Assembly (NCBI GenBank): GCA_002343445.1
Contig: DDSP01000049.1
Coordinates: forward strand, 300 to 64,299
DNA from: Chthonomonas sp. UBA2387
GTDB taxonomy: Bacteria > Armatimonadota > Fimbriimonadia > Fimbriimonadales > Fimbriimonadaceae
Reading direction: 5' to 3'
DNA: 64,000 bases
Both the position numbers and the translations under genes were made by a program. This document shows, piece by piece, positions 21,866-29,951 of the stretch. How positions within the stretch are numbered: position 1 is the first letter of the stretch; the number at the start of each line of letters is the position of its first letter. Below the pieces are notes generated by a model. It made no database searches and had not been told where the DNA came from. It saw nothing but the letters and a program-made list of their open reading frames with translations.

Positions 21866-24031
21866 ATGTCTACGTCTCCGGCCAAGCAAAGCCCGAAGTC
21901 GTTGGACGATCCCATCCAATTCGTCAAGGGGGTCGGACCCAACAAGGCGATGAAGCTCCGCAAGCTGGGGTTGCACACCGTGCGCGACGTGCTCTATCAC
22001 ATCCCTTGGCGGTACGAAGACCGGCGCAACCTGCCCGCGATCGGCGACCTGCGCGTCGGCCAAGAAGTCACGGTGCGCGGGCACGTGCTCTCGGTGGACG
22101 GTCGCCCCACGCGCGGCGGCATGCATCTGGTCAAAGCCACGCTCACCGATGGCACGGGCCAGGTCACGCTGGTCTGGTTCAACAAGCGTTGGCTCCACCA
22201 GGCCCTACAACGGCACGAGGAGATTCTCGCGTTTGGAACCGTCAAAGCGGCCAACTGGGGCGTGGAGATCCACTCGCCCGAATGGGAGCCCGTGGACGAA
22301 GACGAGGACGCCGAGGCGTTCGCGCGGCTGCTCCCCGTCTACAAACTGACCGAAGGCGTGGACCAACGGCTCGTTCGCTCAGCCGCAGAGCGGGTCGTCG
22401 AATCCTATGTGGACCTGGTGCAGGAGCCCATTCCCAAGTCCCTTCGCGATGCCCACGGCTTTCTAGGTCTGAAGTCGGCGCTCCGCCAAGTCCATCGCCC
22501 CGAGAACGAACACGAAGCGAAAGCCGGCCGCGACCGCCTGGTGTTCGAAGAATTCCTCGTCTCGCAACTGGCGCTCGCCATGCGCCGGGCAGAGATTCAA
22601 GCCGAGGTCGGCATTGCCTTCCCCATCTCCCAACTGACGGGGCGGGAGCGCACGTCGGGCACGCTGTTCGAGGAAAGGCACGCCGAAGAACCCGGCGACG
22701 AGGGCCCGCTCTGGGCCGAAGTCCACAAGATGCTCCCGTTCGAGTTGACCAACGCCCAGCGGCGCGTGATCGGCGAGATCTGGGGCGACATGGAACAGCC
22801 CCATCCCATGAACCGGCTGCTGCAAGGCGACGTGGGCTCGGGCAAAACCGCCGTCGCCGCCGCCGCGATCCTGGCCGCCGTCCGCTGCGGCTATCAGGCG
22901 GCCATCATGGCCCCGACCGAAATCCTCGCCGAGCAACACATCGCCTGTTTTAGGCAGTACTTCAACCCCGTGGGGATCGAAGTCGCTCTGCTGGTGGGCA
23001 AGCAAACCGCCGCCCAGAAGCGCAAACAGCGCGACCGGGTGGCTTCGGGCGAAGCCCGAGTGGCCGTCGGCACCCATGCCCTGATCCAAGAGAGCGTCCA
23101 GTTCCAGAAGCTCGGCCTGATCGTGGTGGACGAGCAACACCGGTTCGGCGTGCTTCAGCGCGCCACGCTGCACGAGAAGGGCTACGGCAACCCCGACGTG
23201 CTCGTCATGACGGCCACACCCATCCCGCGCACGCTCTCGATGACGCTCTACGGCGACATGGACACTTCGATCCTCGACGAGAAGCCCAAGGGCCGAAGGG
23301 AAATCAAGACGCATTGGAAACAACCCGGCGAACGCGAGGCCGTCTACGAACTGGTCCGGGAGTTCCTAGAGGCCGGCAAGCAGGCCTACTTCGTTTGCCC
23401 CCTGGTCGGCGAGTCCGAAAAGCTGACCGTGCAAGCCGCCGAAGACCTTTACTATCGGCTGTCCAAGGTCACCTACCCCGACCTGCGCGTGGGGATGCTG
23501 CACGGCCAGATGAAAAACTCCGAGAAGGAGGAGACGATGGAGCGGTTCCGTCGCGGCGAACTCGACATCCTGGTCAGCACCACCGTCATCGAAGTCGGCG
23601 TGGACGTCCCGAACGCGACGGTGATGGTCATCGAAGACGCCAACCGATTCGGGCTGGCGCAGCTGCACCAGTTGCGCGGACGCGTGGGCCGCGACGCCCA
23701 CCAATCGTATTGCATCCTGATCGGCGAAGCCACGACCGAGGACGCCCGCGAACGACTGAACGTGATGGTTTCGACGAACGACGGCTTCGAAATCGCTCGG
23801 AAGGACATGGAGATTCGCGGCCCCGGCGAAATCGCGGGCACGAAGCAGAGCGGAAACCTGGGATTCGAAATCGCCGACCTGCGGCGGGACGCGCACCTGC
23901 TGACCATCGCGAGACAGGCCGCGCTCGGCGTGATCGAGTCGGACCCCCGGCTGGAGCGATTCGAGCACTCGCGCCTATTGCCCCGTGTGCTGGAGCGCCG
24001 CACCCGCACGGCCCTAGTGCCGCAGGCGTAA
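21866..24031 (+). CDS. recG: ATP-dependent DNA helicase RecG
   Basis: PIQFVKGVGPNKAMKLRKLGLHTVRDVLYHIPWRYEDR is the wedge domain. Helicase motifs GDVGSGKT, VVDEQHRFG, MTATPIPRT and QLHQLRGRVGR are present. The start is set at the ATG at 21866. Confidence 0.95.
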   Translation: MSTSPAKQSPKSLDDPIQFVKGVGPNKAMKLRKLGLHTVRDVLYHIPWRYEDRRNLPAIGDLRVGQEVTVRGHVLSVDGRPTRGGMHLVKATLTDGTGQVTLVWFNKRWLHQALQRHEEILAFGTVKAANWGVEIHSPEWEPVDEDEDAEAFARLLPVYKLTEGVDQRLVRSAAERVVESYVDLVQEPIPKSLRDAHGFLGLKSALRQVHRPENEHEAKAGRDRLVFEEFLVSQLALAMRRAEIQAEVGIAFPISQLTGRERTSGTLFEERHAEEPGDEGPLWAEVHKMLPFELTNAQRRVIGEIWGDMEQPHPMNRLLQGDVGSGKTAVAAAAILAAVRCGYQAAIMAPTEILAEQHIACFRQYFNPVGIEVALLVGKQTAAQKRKQRDRVASGEARVAVGTHALIQESVQFQKLGLIVVDEQHRFGVLQRATLHEKGYGNPDVLVMTATPIPRTLSMTLYGDMDTSILDEKPKGRREIKTHWKQPGEREAVYELVREFLEAGKQAYFVCPLVGESEKLTVQAAEDLYYRLSKVTYPDLRVGMLHGQMKNSEKEETMERFRRGELDILVSTTVIEVGVDVPNATVMVIEDANRFGLAQLHQLRGRVGRDAHQSYCILIGEATTEDARERLNVMVSTNDGFEIARKDMEIRGPGEIAGTKQSGNLGFEIADLRRDAHLLTIARQAALGVIESDPRLERFEHSRLLPRVLERRTRTALVPQA

Positions 24032-24082
24032 CCAGGACCCTGTCAAGCAATTTGGAGGTGGATCCATACGATTCCTTGCCTT

Positions 24083-24288
24083 TTGGCGAAGGTTCCGTTG
24101 TATGATGGACACGGGAACATGATCGCGACGCTGACGAAAGGCTCGGGCGGGACGTACCAGGTCTCGGCCCGAAGGTACACGGACCCTTGGGGGGTCACGC
24201 GCGTCGGCGCGTCCGCCGGCTCGCCGGACCAGCGCTACTGCGCCAACCTGGGGCCCCGGCAGGACGACGAGAGTGGCCTGACGTACTG
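24083..24288 (+). pseudogene. RHS/YD-repeat core fragment fused upstream of the hsdM remnant
   Basis: YDGHGNMIATL...YTDPWGVTRV...YCANLGPRQDDESGLTYW reads like the last YD repeats of an RHS core. It is only about 68 aa, has no N-terminal body and no toxin tip, and continues in frame straight into HsdM sequence. Confidence 0.55.
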
Positions 24289-24943
24289 GAAGTACGGCAC
24301 CCCGCCCGCCAACAACGCGAACTTCGCCTGGATGCAGCACATGCTCCACCACCTCGCCCCGACGGGCTCGATGGCCCTGCTGCTGGCGAACGGCTCCATG
24401 GCCAGCAACGCGGGCGGCGACGGGAGGATTCGGAAGGCGTTGGTCGAAGCTGACGTGGTCGAGGCATCGTCGCTTTGCCGGGCCAGGTCTTTACCAAACG
24501 CCGCCTTCCACGCTTGCATTTGGTTCCTGGCCAAGAAGAGCAAGGGGCATCGCGCCGGGCGGATCCTTTTCATGGACGCCAGAGAGATGGGCTAAATGAA
24601 GGACCGGGTGCTACGCGACTTCCCGGCAAAGGACTTCGCCCAGATCGCCGACACCTCCCACCGCTGGCAATCCCCCTCCCCTGTTTCTCCCGAAATGGGG
24701 GAGCCGGCAGACGAGGACGTGGCCGGTTTCTTCAAGTCGGCGATGCTAGAAGAGGTGCGGCGGCACGACTTCGTGTTGACGCCGGGGCGATACGTAGGCG
24801 CGGGAGCCGCTTCGGAAGGGGAAGAGCCGTTCGAGAAGAAGTTTGCTTGGCTGAGCAAGCAACTTGAGGAGCATCTCACCGAGTCGGACCGGCTTCAAGT
24901 GGTCATTCGGGGCAACCCGACTAGAGTGAGGAGCCGAGTATGA
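24286..24943 (+). pseudogene. hsdM: Type I restriction-modification methyltransferase (HsdM) remnant: 5'-truncated, with frameshifts and a nonsense codon
   Basis: WKYGTPPANNANFAWMQHMLHHLAPTGSMALLLANGSMASN..GDGRIRKALVEADVV matches the HsdM C-terminal half. VALPGQVFT is readable only in the +2 frame (about 24466-24497), and the frame then returns at AAFHACIWFLAKK...ILFMDAREMG. A TAA stop at 24593-24595 is followed by the HsdM tail (DFAQIADTSHRW...FVLTPGRYVG). The catalytic N-terminal half is absent. Confidence 0.75.
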
Positions 24944-25776
24944 GCAAGTCGGCAAATCCAGTCGCCTCTGTCGAGACCAACCTCGACCAATACCGTGCCG
25001 ACCTAAAGGCTCTCGTCGAAAGAGGTGAACTTCTCCTTCACTCGTTGTGCGCTAAATATGTCCCAGAGCAGTTTGATGCCGCCTACAAGAAGGCTGGAAC
25101 TGATGTCAAGGCATATCGAGCCCAGTTGCCCCCGTTCAAGACTGCGTACCAAGCCTGGTATTCGGAGGCACTCGCTCTCATTCGACAGTTGCTCCCTGAT
25201 AGGGTCGCTGACTTCGAGCAGCACTACAAGAAGCCAAAGACCCGCAAGGGCATCACCTTCGAGAACTATCGAATCGAAGATGCACTCCAAGGCCTGACCG
25301 TAACAAGGACAGCGCTTCAGGAGAAAGTGGTAGGGCCCGACGCTGCGATACCGCATGTCGAGCAGCAGTTGGCCATCCTAAGAGCGGTTGAGCGTCGATT
25401 TGAGAGTTCGCTCTTCGACATCCGTCAACTGGTGCAAGCAGACCTCTTCGACTCGGAACTCGATGCAGCTCGTGAACTGCTGAAGAGTGGCTTCGGACGA
25501 GCTGCTGGCGCAGTCTCTGGTGTTGTTCTGGAGAGACACCTGGGTCAGGTGGCACAGAATCATCAACTGGTCACTCGGAAGGCTCACCCGACCATCAGCG
25601 ACTTCAACGACCTCTTGAAGACTAGCAACGTGCTGGATGTGCCAGCCTGGCGACAGGTACAAAGGCTGGGGGACCTGCGCAACCTCTGCGACCACAACAA
25701 GCACCGGGACCCAACAAATGAGGAGGTCGAGGAGCTCATCTCTGGAATTGAAAAACTCACGAAGACGCTCTTCTAG
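24940..25776 (+). CDS. Uncharacterised protein with a C-terminal HEPN-like domain (RNxxxH motif)
   Basis: 278 aa and all-helical by eye. The C-terminal part reads AAGAVSGVVLERHLGQV...ISDFNDLLKTSNVLDVPAWRQVQRLGDLRNLCDHNKHRDPTNEEVEELISGIEKL. It contains R-N-L-C-D-H (nt 25678-25695), which fits the HEPN Rx4-6H signature. GAGGAG lies 6 nt before the ATG, and the ATG overlaps the hsdM-remnant stop (ATGA). Local GC is low. Confidence 0.7.
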   Translation: MSKSANPVASVETNLDQYRADLKALVERGELLLHSLCAKYVPEQFDAAYKKAGTDVKAYRAQLPPFKTAYQAWYSEALALIRQLLPDRVADFEQHYKKPKTRKGITFENYRIEDALQGLTVTRTALQEKVVGPDAAIPHVEQQLAILRAVERRFESSLFDIRQLVQADLFDSELDAARELLKSGFGRAAGAVSGVVLERHLGQVAQNHQLVTRKAHPTISDFNDLLKTSNVLDVPAWRQVQRLGDLRNLCDHNKHRDPTNEEVEELISGIEKLTKTLF

Positions 25777-25791
25777 TCAGAAGCAATCACT

Positions 25792-26061
25792 ATGAATACA
25801 TACAGAGCTATTGTTCGATTCAGCCTTGACGGAGATGACGGAACCTACACCACTAAGTTCCGAAGTCGTTTTCAGGTACTTGGCTTTCAGAAAATCGGCA
25901 CCTCGACTTGGAACAATGACACCTTGCCTGAAGCCAACCTGGCCCAACTCGCCGACCTGCTGCGCGACATAACCAACGTGTCCGGCATCTCCGCGGGCAA
26001 AGTAAAGCTCGACCATATCTGGAGCTACGTAGACATCCCACACTCTGGAGCGAAGATTTAG
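25792..26061 (+). CDS. Small (89 aa) uncharacterised protein, middle gene of the cassette
   Basis: MNTYRAIVRFSLDGDDGTYTTKFRSRFQVLGFQKIGTSTWNNDTLPEANLAQLADLLRDITNV...KLDHIWSYVD. It is co-directional with 15-nt and 9-nt gaps to its neighbours. I preferred it over the antisense 134-aa ORF (25777-26181), which would overlap the HNH gene start. Confidence 0.55.
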   Translation: MNTYRAIVRFSLDGDDGTYTTKFRSRFQVLGFQKIGTSTWNNDTLPEANLAQLADLLRDITNVSGISAGKVKLDHIWSYVDIPHSGAKI

Positions 26062-26070
26062 GCTGAACCA

Positions 26071-26964
26071 ATGGCAATCTCCCAGAGCATAAGGAATCGG
26101 CTCCTCGTTGAGGCGGGGCATCGGTGCACCGTCTGCTCCGAGAAGGCCTATGAGCTTCACCACATCGTGGAGCAGGCTCAAGGCGGCGATGACTCGGAGG
26201 AGAACCTGATTGTCCTATGCCCCAACTGTCACCAGCAGCGAGTCCACCGGAACAAGGAGTTCACGCCGGTCCAATTGCGCGCGTACAAGGCGAACCTTAA
26301 GGAGCGGAAGGAGTTCGAGCGAAGACTTGCACAGAACCTTGAGCATATCCGTCTGCTCTTGGACCAAGAGGGTCCACAGGCCGCGGAAGCTGCTCTACGC
26401 AAGGAGATGTCCGATGCCGCCTCGGTCGTGGACCCAGAACGGTCGCCAAGTGCCTACGAGGAGGTTTCCAAGACTGCCCGGTGGCTGGCGGAGCGACAGG
26501 AGTTTAAGGCAGGTGCACGCGAGGCGCTCGAAATCGAGTGCGACATCGACATCCAGCGTGAGCTTGCTAAATGGAAGTCCATCTCGATAGTGGCGGTAGA
26601 TGAAGACGGCTGGAAAAAGCACGACAAGTTCCCAGCCAGCTACACGTTCGTGGTCAAGCTCAGCGCTTCACCCTATACGGCATGGCGCGAAGTCTTCAAC
26701 AACCAGTGGCACAACTCATTCTATTCGATGAAGCGCGAAACTCATTTACAAGGGGACCGAATCGTCATGATTGTCGCCGACTCTGACAACCTCCAGAACC
26801 ACCTCGACCACCTGAAGCAACTCGTCGAGTGGACGAACCGACACATTGAGGAGCACGTTGAGCGAAGGGTCAAGCCCGACTTGGAGCGGCAGCGTCGTCA
26901 GGTGCTGCACGAGTTCGACACCATCGAGTCTCTCAAAGGCAAGGTCAAGGAGCTGAAACTCTGA
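26071..26964 (+). CDS. HNH endonuclease domain protein with a ~200-aa uncharacterised C-terminal domain
   Basis: The N-terminus GHRCTVCSEKAYELHHIVEQAQGGDDSEENLIVLCPNCHQQRVH is the full HNH/zinc-ribbon signature (CxxC...HH...N...CxxCH). The remainder (coiled-coil linker plus SISIVAVDEDGWKKHDKFPASYTFVVKLS...) has no motif I recognise. Confidence 0.8.
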   Translation: MAISQSIRNRLLVEAGHRCTVCSEKAYELHHIVEQAQGGDDSEENLIVLCPNCHQQRVHRNKEFTPVQLRAYKANLKERKEFERRLAQNLEHIRLLLDQEGPQAAEAALRKEMSDAASVVDPERSPSAYEEVSKTARWLAERQEFKAGAREALEIECDIDIQRELAKWKSISIVAVDEDGWKKHDKFPASYTFVVKLSASPYTAWREVFNNQWHNSFYSMKRETHLQGDRIVMIVADSDNLQNHLDHLKQLVEWTNRHIEEHVERRVKPDLERQRRQVLHEFDTIESLKGKVKELKL

Positions 26965-26980
26965 TCGATTGGCCGCTGTA

Positions 26981-27030
26981 TCCTCTTTCCTCTTTCCTCT
27001 TCCTTCGTCCCTTTTCCAACTTCCTTTCCC
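26981..27030. repeat. Polypyrimidine (CT-rich) low-complexity tract at the island's right edge
   Basis: tcctctttcctctttcctcttccttcgtcccttttccaacttcctttccc lies between the HNH gene stop and the rlmN stop. It reads as GGAAG-type polypurine on the rlmN strand. Confidence 0.7.
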
Positions 27031-28095
27031 TCAGCGCACCCCGACCGGCACGCCGCGCTTGGCAAAGCGGCCGACATGCTCGCCCGCCAACTGGCCACAA
27101 GCCGCCGCGATGTCGTGGCCGCGCTCGACCCGCTGCGTCACCGTGACCCCCGCCGATTCCAACACGCCTCGAAAGGCCCGAATCCGGTTGGCGCTCGGGC
27201 GGCTGAAGCCTTGCTCGGTGTCCACATAGTTGAACGGGATCAGGTTGACGATGCACGGAAAGCCGCGCACCAGCCGGGACATCGCTGCGGCGTCTTCGGT
27301 CGAGTCGTTCACGTCGGCGATCAGGAGCACTTCGAACGTCACCTTGCGGCCCGTGGCCTTCTGGTGGGCGCGCATCGCCGCAACCACTTCGGCCACCGGC
27401 CACTTCTTGTTGACCGGCATCAGCCGCTCGCGCACCTCGTCCCGCGCGGCGTGCAGCGATAGGGCCAGGTGGATCGGCAGCCCCGTCTGCGAGAGCCTGC
27501 GGATCTGAGGGACCAACCCAACGGTGGAAACCGTGATGTGCCGCAAGCTCAAGCCGACCTCGTCGTGGAGCAATCCGATGGCCTTCAGCACATTGTCCAG
27601 GTTCAGCAGCGGCTCGCCCATGCCCATGAACACCACGTGGCCGATGCGGCGGGTCGTCAGGCGCTGGAGCAGCAGGTACTGCCCCACGATCTCGGCGGCC
27701 GAGAGGTTGCGGTCGAAGCCGCCCAGGCCCGTCGCGCAAAACGTGCAACCCATCGGGCAACCGACCTGGGAACTCAGGCAGCAGCTCACGCGGTCCTCGT
27801 AGGGCAACAACACGCACTCGTACACTTGGCCGTCGCCCCGATGCACGAGCAGCTTCTCGACCCCGTCGCTGGACTTGGCATGGCGGGCCACGGTCAGCGG
27901 ATCCACGGTGAACGCTTCGGCAAGTTCGGCCCGAAGGGTGGCCGGCAGGTCGCGCATGGCGTCGAAGTCGGCGACGGCTTTGCCGTACACCCACTTGGCG
28001 ATCTGCTTGGCGCGCCAACGGGCGTCTTCGCGCGGGGCGAGACGTTCGGCGATCTCTTGGGCGGTCAGCCCGACCAGCGGGACGCGGGAGTCCAC
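27031..28095 (-). CDS. rlmN: 23S rRNA/tRNA (adenine-C2)-methyltransferase, radical SAM
   Basis: This is the real gene inside the composite 596-aa track ORF. Motifs: SSQVGCPMGCTFCATG, VVFMGMGEPLLN, LALSLHA, NLIPFN and AACGQL. The start is assigned to the GTG at complement 28093-28095 (VDSRVPLVGLTAQEI...) and is uncertain. Confidence 0.9.
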   Translation of the reverse strand: MDSRVPLVGLTAQEIAERLAPREDARWRAKQIAKWVYGKAVADFDAMRDLPATLRAELAEAFTVDPLTVARHAKSSDGVEKLLVHRGDGQVYECVLLPYEDRVSCCLSSQVGCPMGCTFCATGLGGFDRNLSAAEIVGQYLLLQRLTTRRIGHVVFMGMGEPLLNLDNVLKAIGLLHDEVGLSLRHITVSTVGLVPQIRRLSQTGLPIHLALSLHAARDEVRERLMPVNKKWPVAEVVAAMRAHQKATGRKVTFEVLLIADVNDSTEDAAAMSRLVRGFPCIVNLIPFNYVDTEQGFSRPSANRIRAFRGVLESAGVTVTQRVERGHDIAAACGQLAGEHVGRFAKRGVPVGVR

Positions 28096-28120
28096 TCCCT
28101 CAAGGTACCACTCCCGGCCC

Positions 28121-28145
28121 TGGAGGGGCACGCTCCGTCGTGCCC
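28121..28145. repeat. REP-like hairpin unit (single copy)
   Basis: tggaggggcacgctccgtcgtgccc lies between the ABC permease stop and the rlmN start. It belongs to the same family as the units at 1863, 14587 and 62381. Confidence 0.7.
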
Positions 28146-28157
28146 GACGGTCGAGTC

Positions 28158-28967
28158 CTAGCGCCCCTTCGGGTCGAGGGCGGCGCGGATGCCGTCGCCC
28201 ACGAAGTTCAGGGCGAAGATGGTCATGCTCAACACGACGCACGGCCAGAACAGCAGCGACGGGTACGAGTTCATCTGCAGCCGCGCGTTGTTGATCATGC
28301 TGCCCCAACTGGGGTCGGGCGCCTGAACGCCGATGCCGAGGAAGCTCAAGGTGCTCTCGGCCAGAATCGTGCCCGCAAGGCTGATCATGGTCACGGCCAT
28401 CAGCACGCCGTACAACTGCGGCACGACGTGGCGCGTCACCGTGTAGAACGTCGAAGCGCCCAGCGCCTTCGAAGCGACCACGAACTCGCGATCCTTGAGC
28501 GAGGCCACTTGGGTGAACACCAGGCGCGCAGTCCCCGGCCATCCCGTGATGCTCAAAGCCACGATCACGGGGATGATCCCGGCCTTCCACACGCCGATGA
28601 TGAGGATGGCAAGCAGGATGTCCGGGAACGCGAACATGCCGTCCGTGAACCGCATGAGCGGCATGGCCACCCAGCGGGGAGCATAGACGCCCGTCACGCC
28701 CACGAACACGCCGATGAACAGCGCGATGGCCTGAACGGTGAGGCCGATGAGCAGCGACAGCCGCGCGCCATAGGCGATGCGGGCGAACACGTCGCGCCCG
28801 ATCTCGTCCGTCCCCAGCCAAAACGTCGCCGACGAGGGCTGCAAAGGCTGGCCCACCTGCTCCAGATAGTGGTGGCGGAACGTCGGGCCGAACATCGCGA
28901 ACAGGGCCAGCAACACGAGGTACGTCACCCCGCCCCAGAACAGGAAGTCGAACTTGCGCTTCCTCAT
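28158..28967 (-). CDS. ABC transporter permease, Opp/Dpp C-type
   Basis: MRKRKFDFLFWGG...WLGTDEIGRDVFARIAYGARLSL...FTDGMFAFPDILLAILI...SKALGAS.. has the BPD_transp_1/OppC features. The start is set at the ATG at complement 28965-28967. Confidence 0.85.
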   Translation of the reverse strand: MRKRKFDFLFWGGVTYLVLLALFAMFGPTFRHHYLEQVGQPLQPSSATFWLGTDEIGRDVFARIAYGARLSLLIGLTVQAIALFIGVFVGVTGVYAPRWVAMPLMRFTDGMFAFPDILLAILIIGVWKAGIIPVIVALSITGWPGTARLVFTQVASLKDREFVVASKALGASTFYTVTRHVVPQLYGVLMAVTMISLAGTILAESTLSFLGIGVQAPDPSWGSMINNARLQMNSYPSLLFWPCVVLSMTIFALNFVGDGIRAALDPKGR

Positions 28968-29914
28968 ACCTGCGACTCCCGGATGCGCGGATCGAGCAAG
29001 GGCAGCAGCAGGTCCACCAGCAGGTTCACGCAGATGAACATCATGCCGGTGAGCAGGATGCACGCCTGCATCACGGGCGTGTTGCCCTGTTGGATGGCCT
29101 CGATGGCCAGGAAGCCGATGCCCGGCAACACGAAGAACCGCTCGACGACGAACGAGCCCGTGAGCAAGAAGCCGAAGCTCGTGCCCATGGCCGTGAGCAC
29201 GGGCAGGATGGCGTTGCGGAGCGCGTGCCGCAGGATCATCCGCCAAAACGGGACGCCCTTGGCCACAGCCGTGCGGATGAACTCCTGCTCCAGCGTGTCC
29301 ACCATGCTGGCCCGCGTGAGACGCGTGAGCATCGCCCCGGGGCGCGCCGCCAGAATCAGCACGGGAAGGATCAAGTAGTAAAGCTCGGGCGCGACGAGTT
29401 CGGTGCTCCACGTCTGGGGCAAGACGTCCCATTTGAGGCTGAAAAAGTAGACCAGGATCGGAGCCAACACAAAATTGGGCACAGTGACCCCCAGCGTGCT
29501 GAACACGAGCACGCTCCGATCGATTCCCCGGTTCTCCCAGACGGCCGCGATGGTCCCCAGCGTGACGCCGAACAGAGCGGCGGCCACGATGGCGAACATC
29601 GCGATCTTCACGGTCATGGGCAGGTTGCGCTTGAGGATCGTCCAGACCTCCTCTTTGGTCCCGTAGTAGCTCGTGCCGAAGTCGAGTCGTACCGCGTTGC
29701 CCAGGAACTCGCCGTACCGCACGGGCCAGGGCCGGTCGAGCCCGTACAGCTTCCGCAGCCGCGCGATGGTCTCGGGGGAGGCCTTTTCGCCGGCTTCGAC
29801 GGTCGCCCGGTCGCCGGGCGCGATCTCGTCCGCCACGAACGTGACGAACGAAATGAAGATCAGGCTGAGCAACCCGAAGGCGAAGCGCAACAGGATGGCT
29901 TTGGCTAGGCGCAC
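28964..29914 (-). CDS. ABC transporter permease, Opp/Dpp B-type
   Basis: 316 aa. MRLAKAILLRFAFGLLSLIFISFVTF...LDRPWPVRYGEFL...EFIRTAVAKG is typical of OppB/DppB. It has a 4-nt overlap with the downstream permease gene. Confidence 0.85.
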   Translation of the reverse strand: MRLAKAILLRFAFGLLSLIFISFVTFVADEIAPGDRATVEAGEKASPETIARLRKLYGLDRPWPVRYGEFLGNAVRLDFGTSYYGTKEEVWTILKRNLPMTVKIAMFAIVAAALFGVTLGTIAAVWENRGIDRSVLVFSTLGVTVPNFVLAPILVYFFSLKWDVLPQTWSTELVAPELYYLILPVLILAARPGAMLTRLTRASMVDTLEQEFIRTAVAKGVPFWRMILRHALRNAILPVLTAMGTSFGFLLTGSFVVERFFVLPGIGFLAIEAIQQGNTPVMQACILLTGMMFICVNLLVDLLLPLLDPRIRESQV

Positions 29915-29951
29915 CGAGGGCTGATTATACGTGAGTTCCGCGTCCGCGAAG

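Noticed and set aside
24072-24084. Direct repeats flanking the low-GC island (ttccttgcctttt versus ttccttcgtccctttt at 27000-27015) as att sites.
   Set aside because: They are imperfect and low-complexity, the right copy lies inside a longer CT tract, and no recombinase is present. It is mentioned in a finding but not called as a mobile-element boundary.
25777-26181. 134-aa minus-strand ORF antisense to the small cassette gene.
   Set aside because: It would overlap the HNH gene start by about 110 nt and break the otherwise tight co-directional three-gene arrangement. The plus-strand ORF fits the 15-nt and 9-nt spacing. This is not excluded experimentally.
26981-27030. Possible CRISPR array or spacer-repeat structure in the CT-rich tract and elsewhere.
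   Set aside because: The tract contains only 6-8-nt microsatellite-like units (cctctttc). I saw no 25-40-nt repeats with unique spacers anywhere in the window, and no cas genes.
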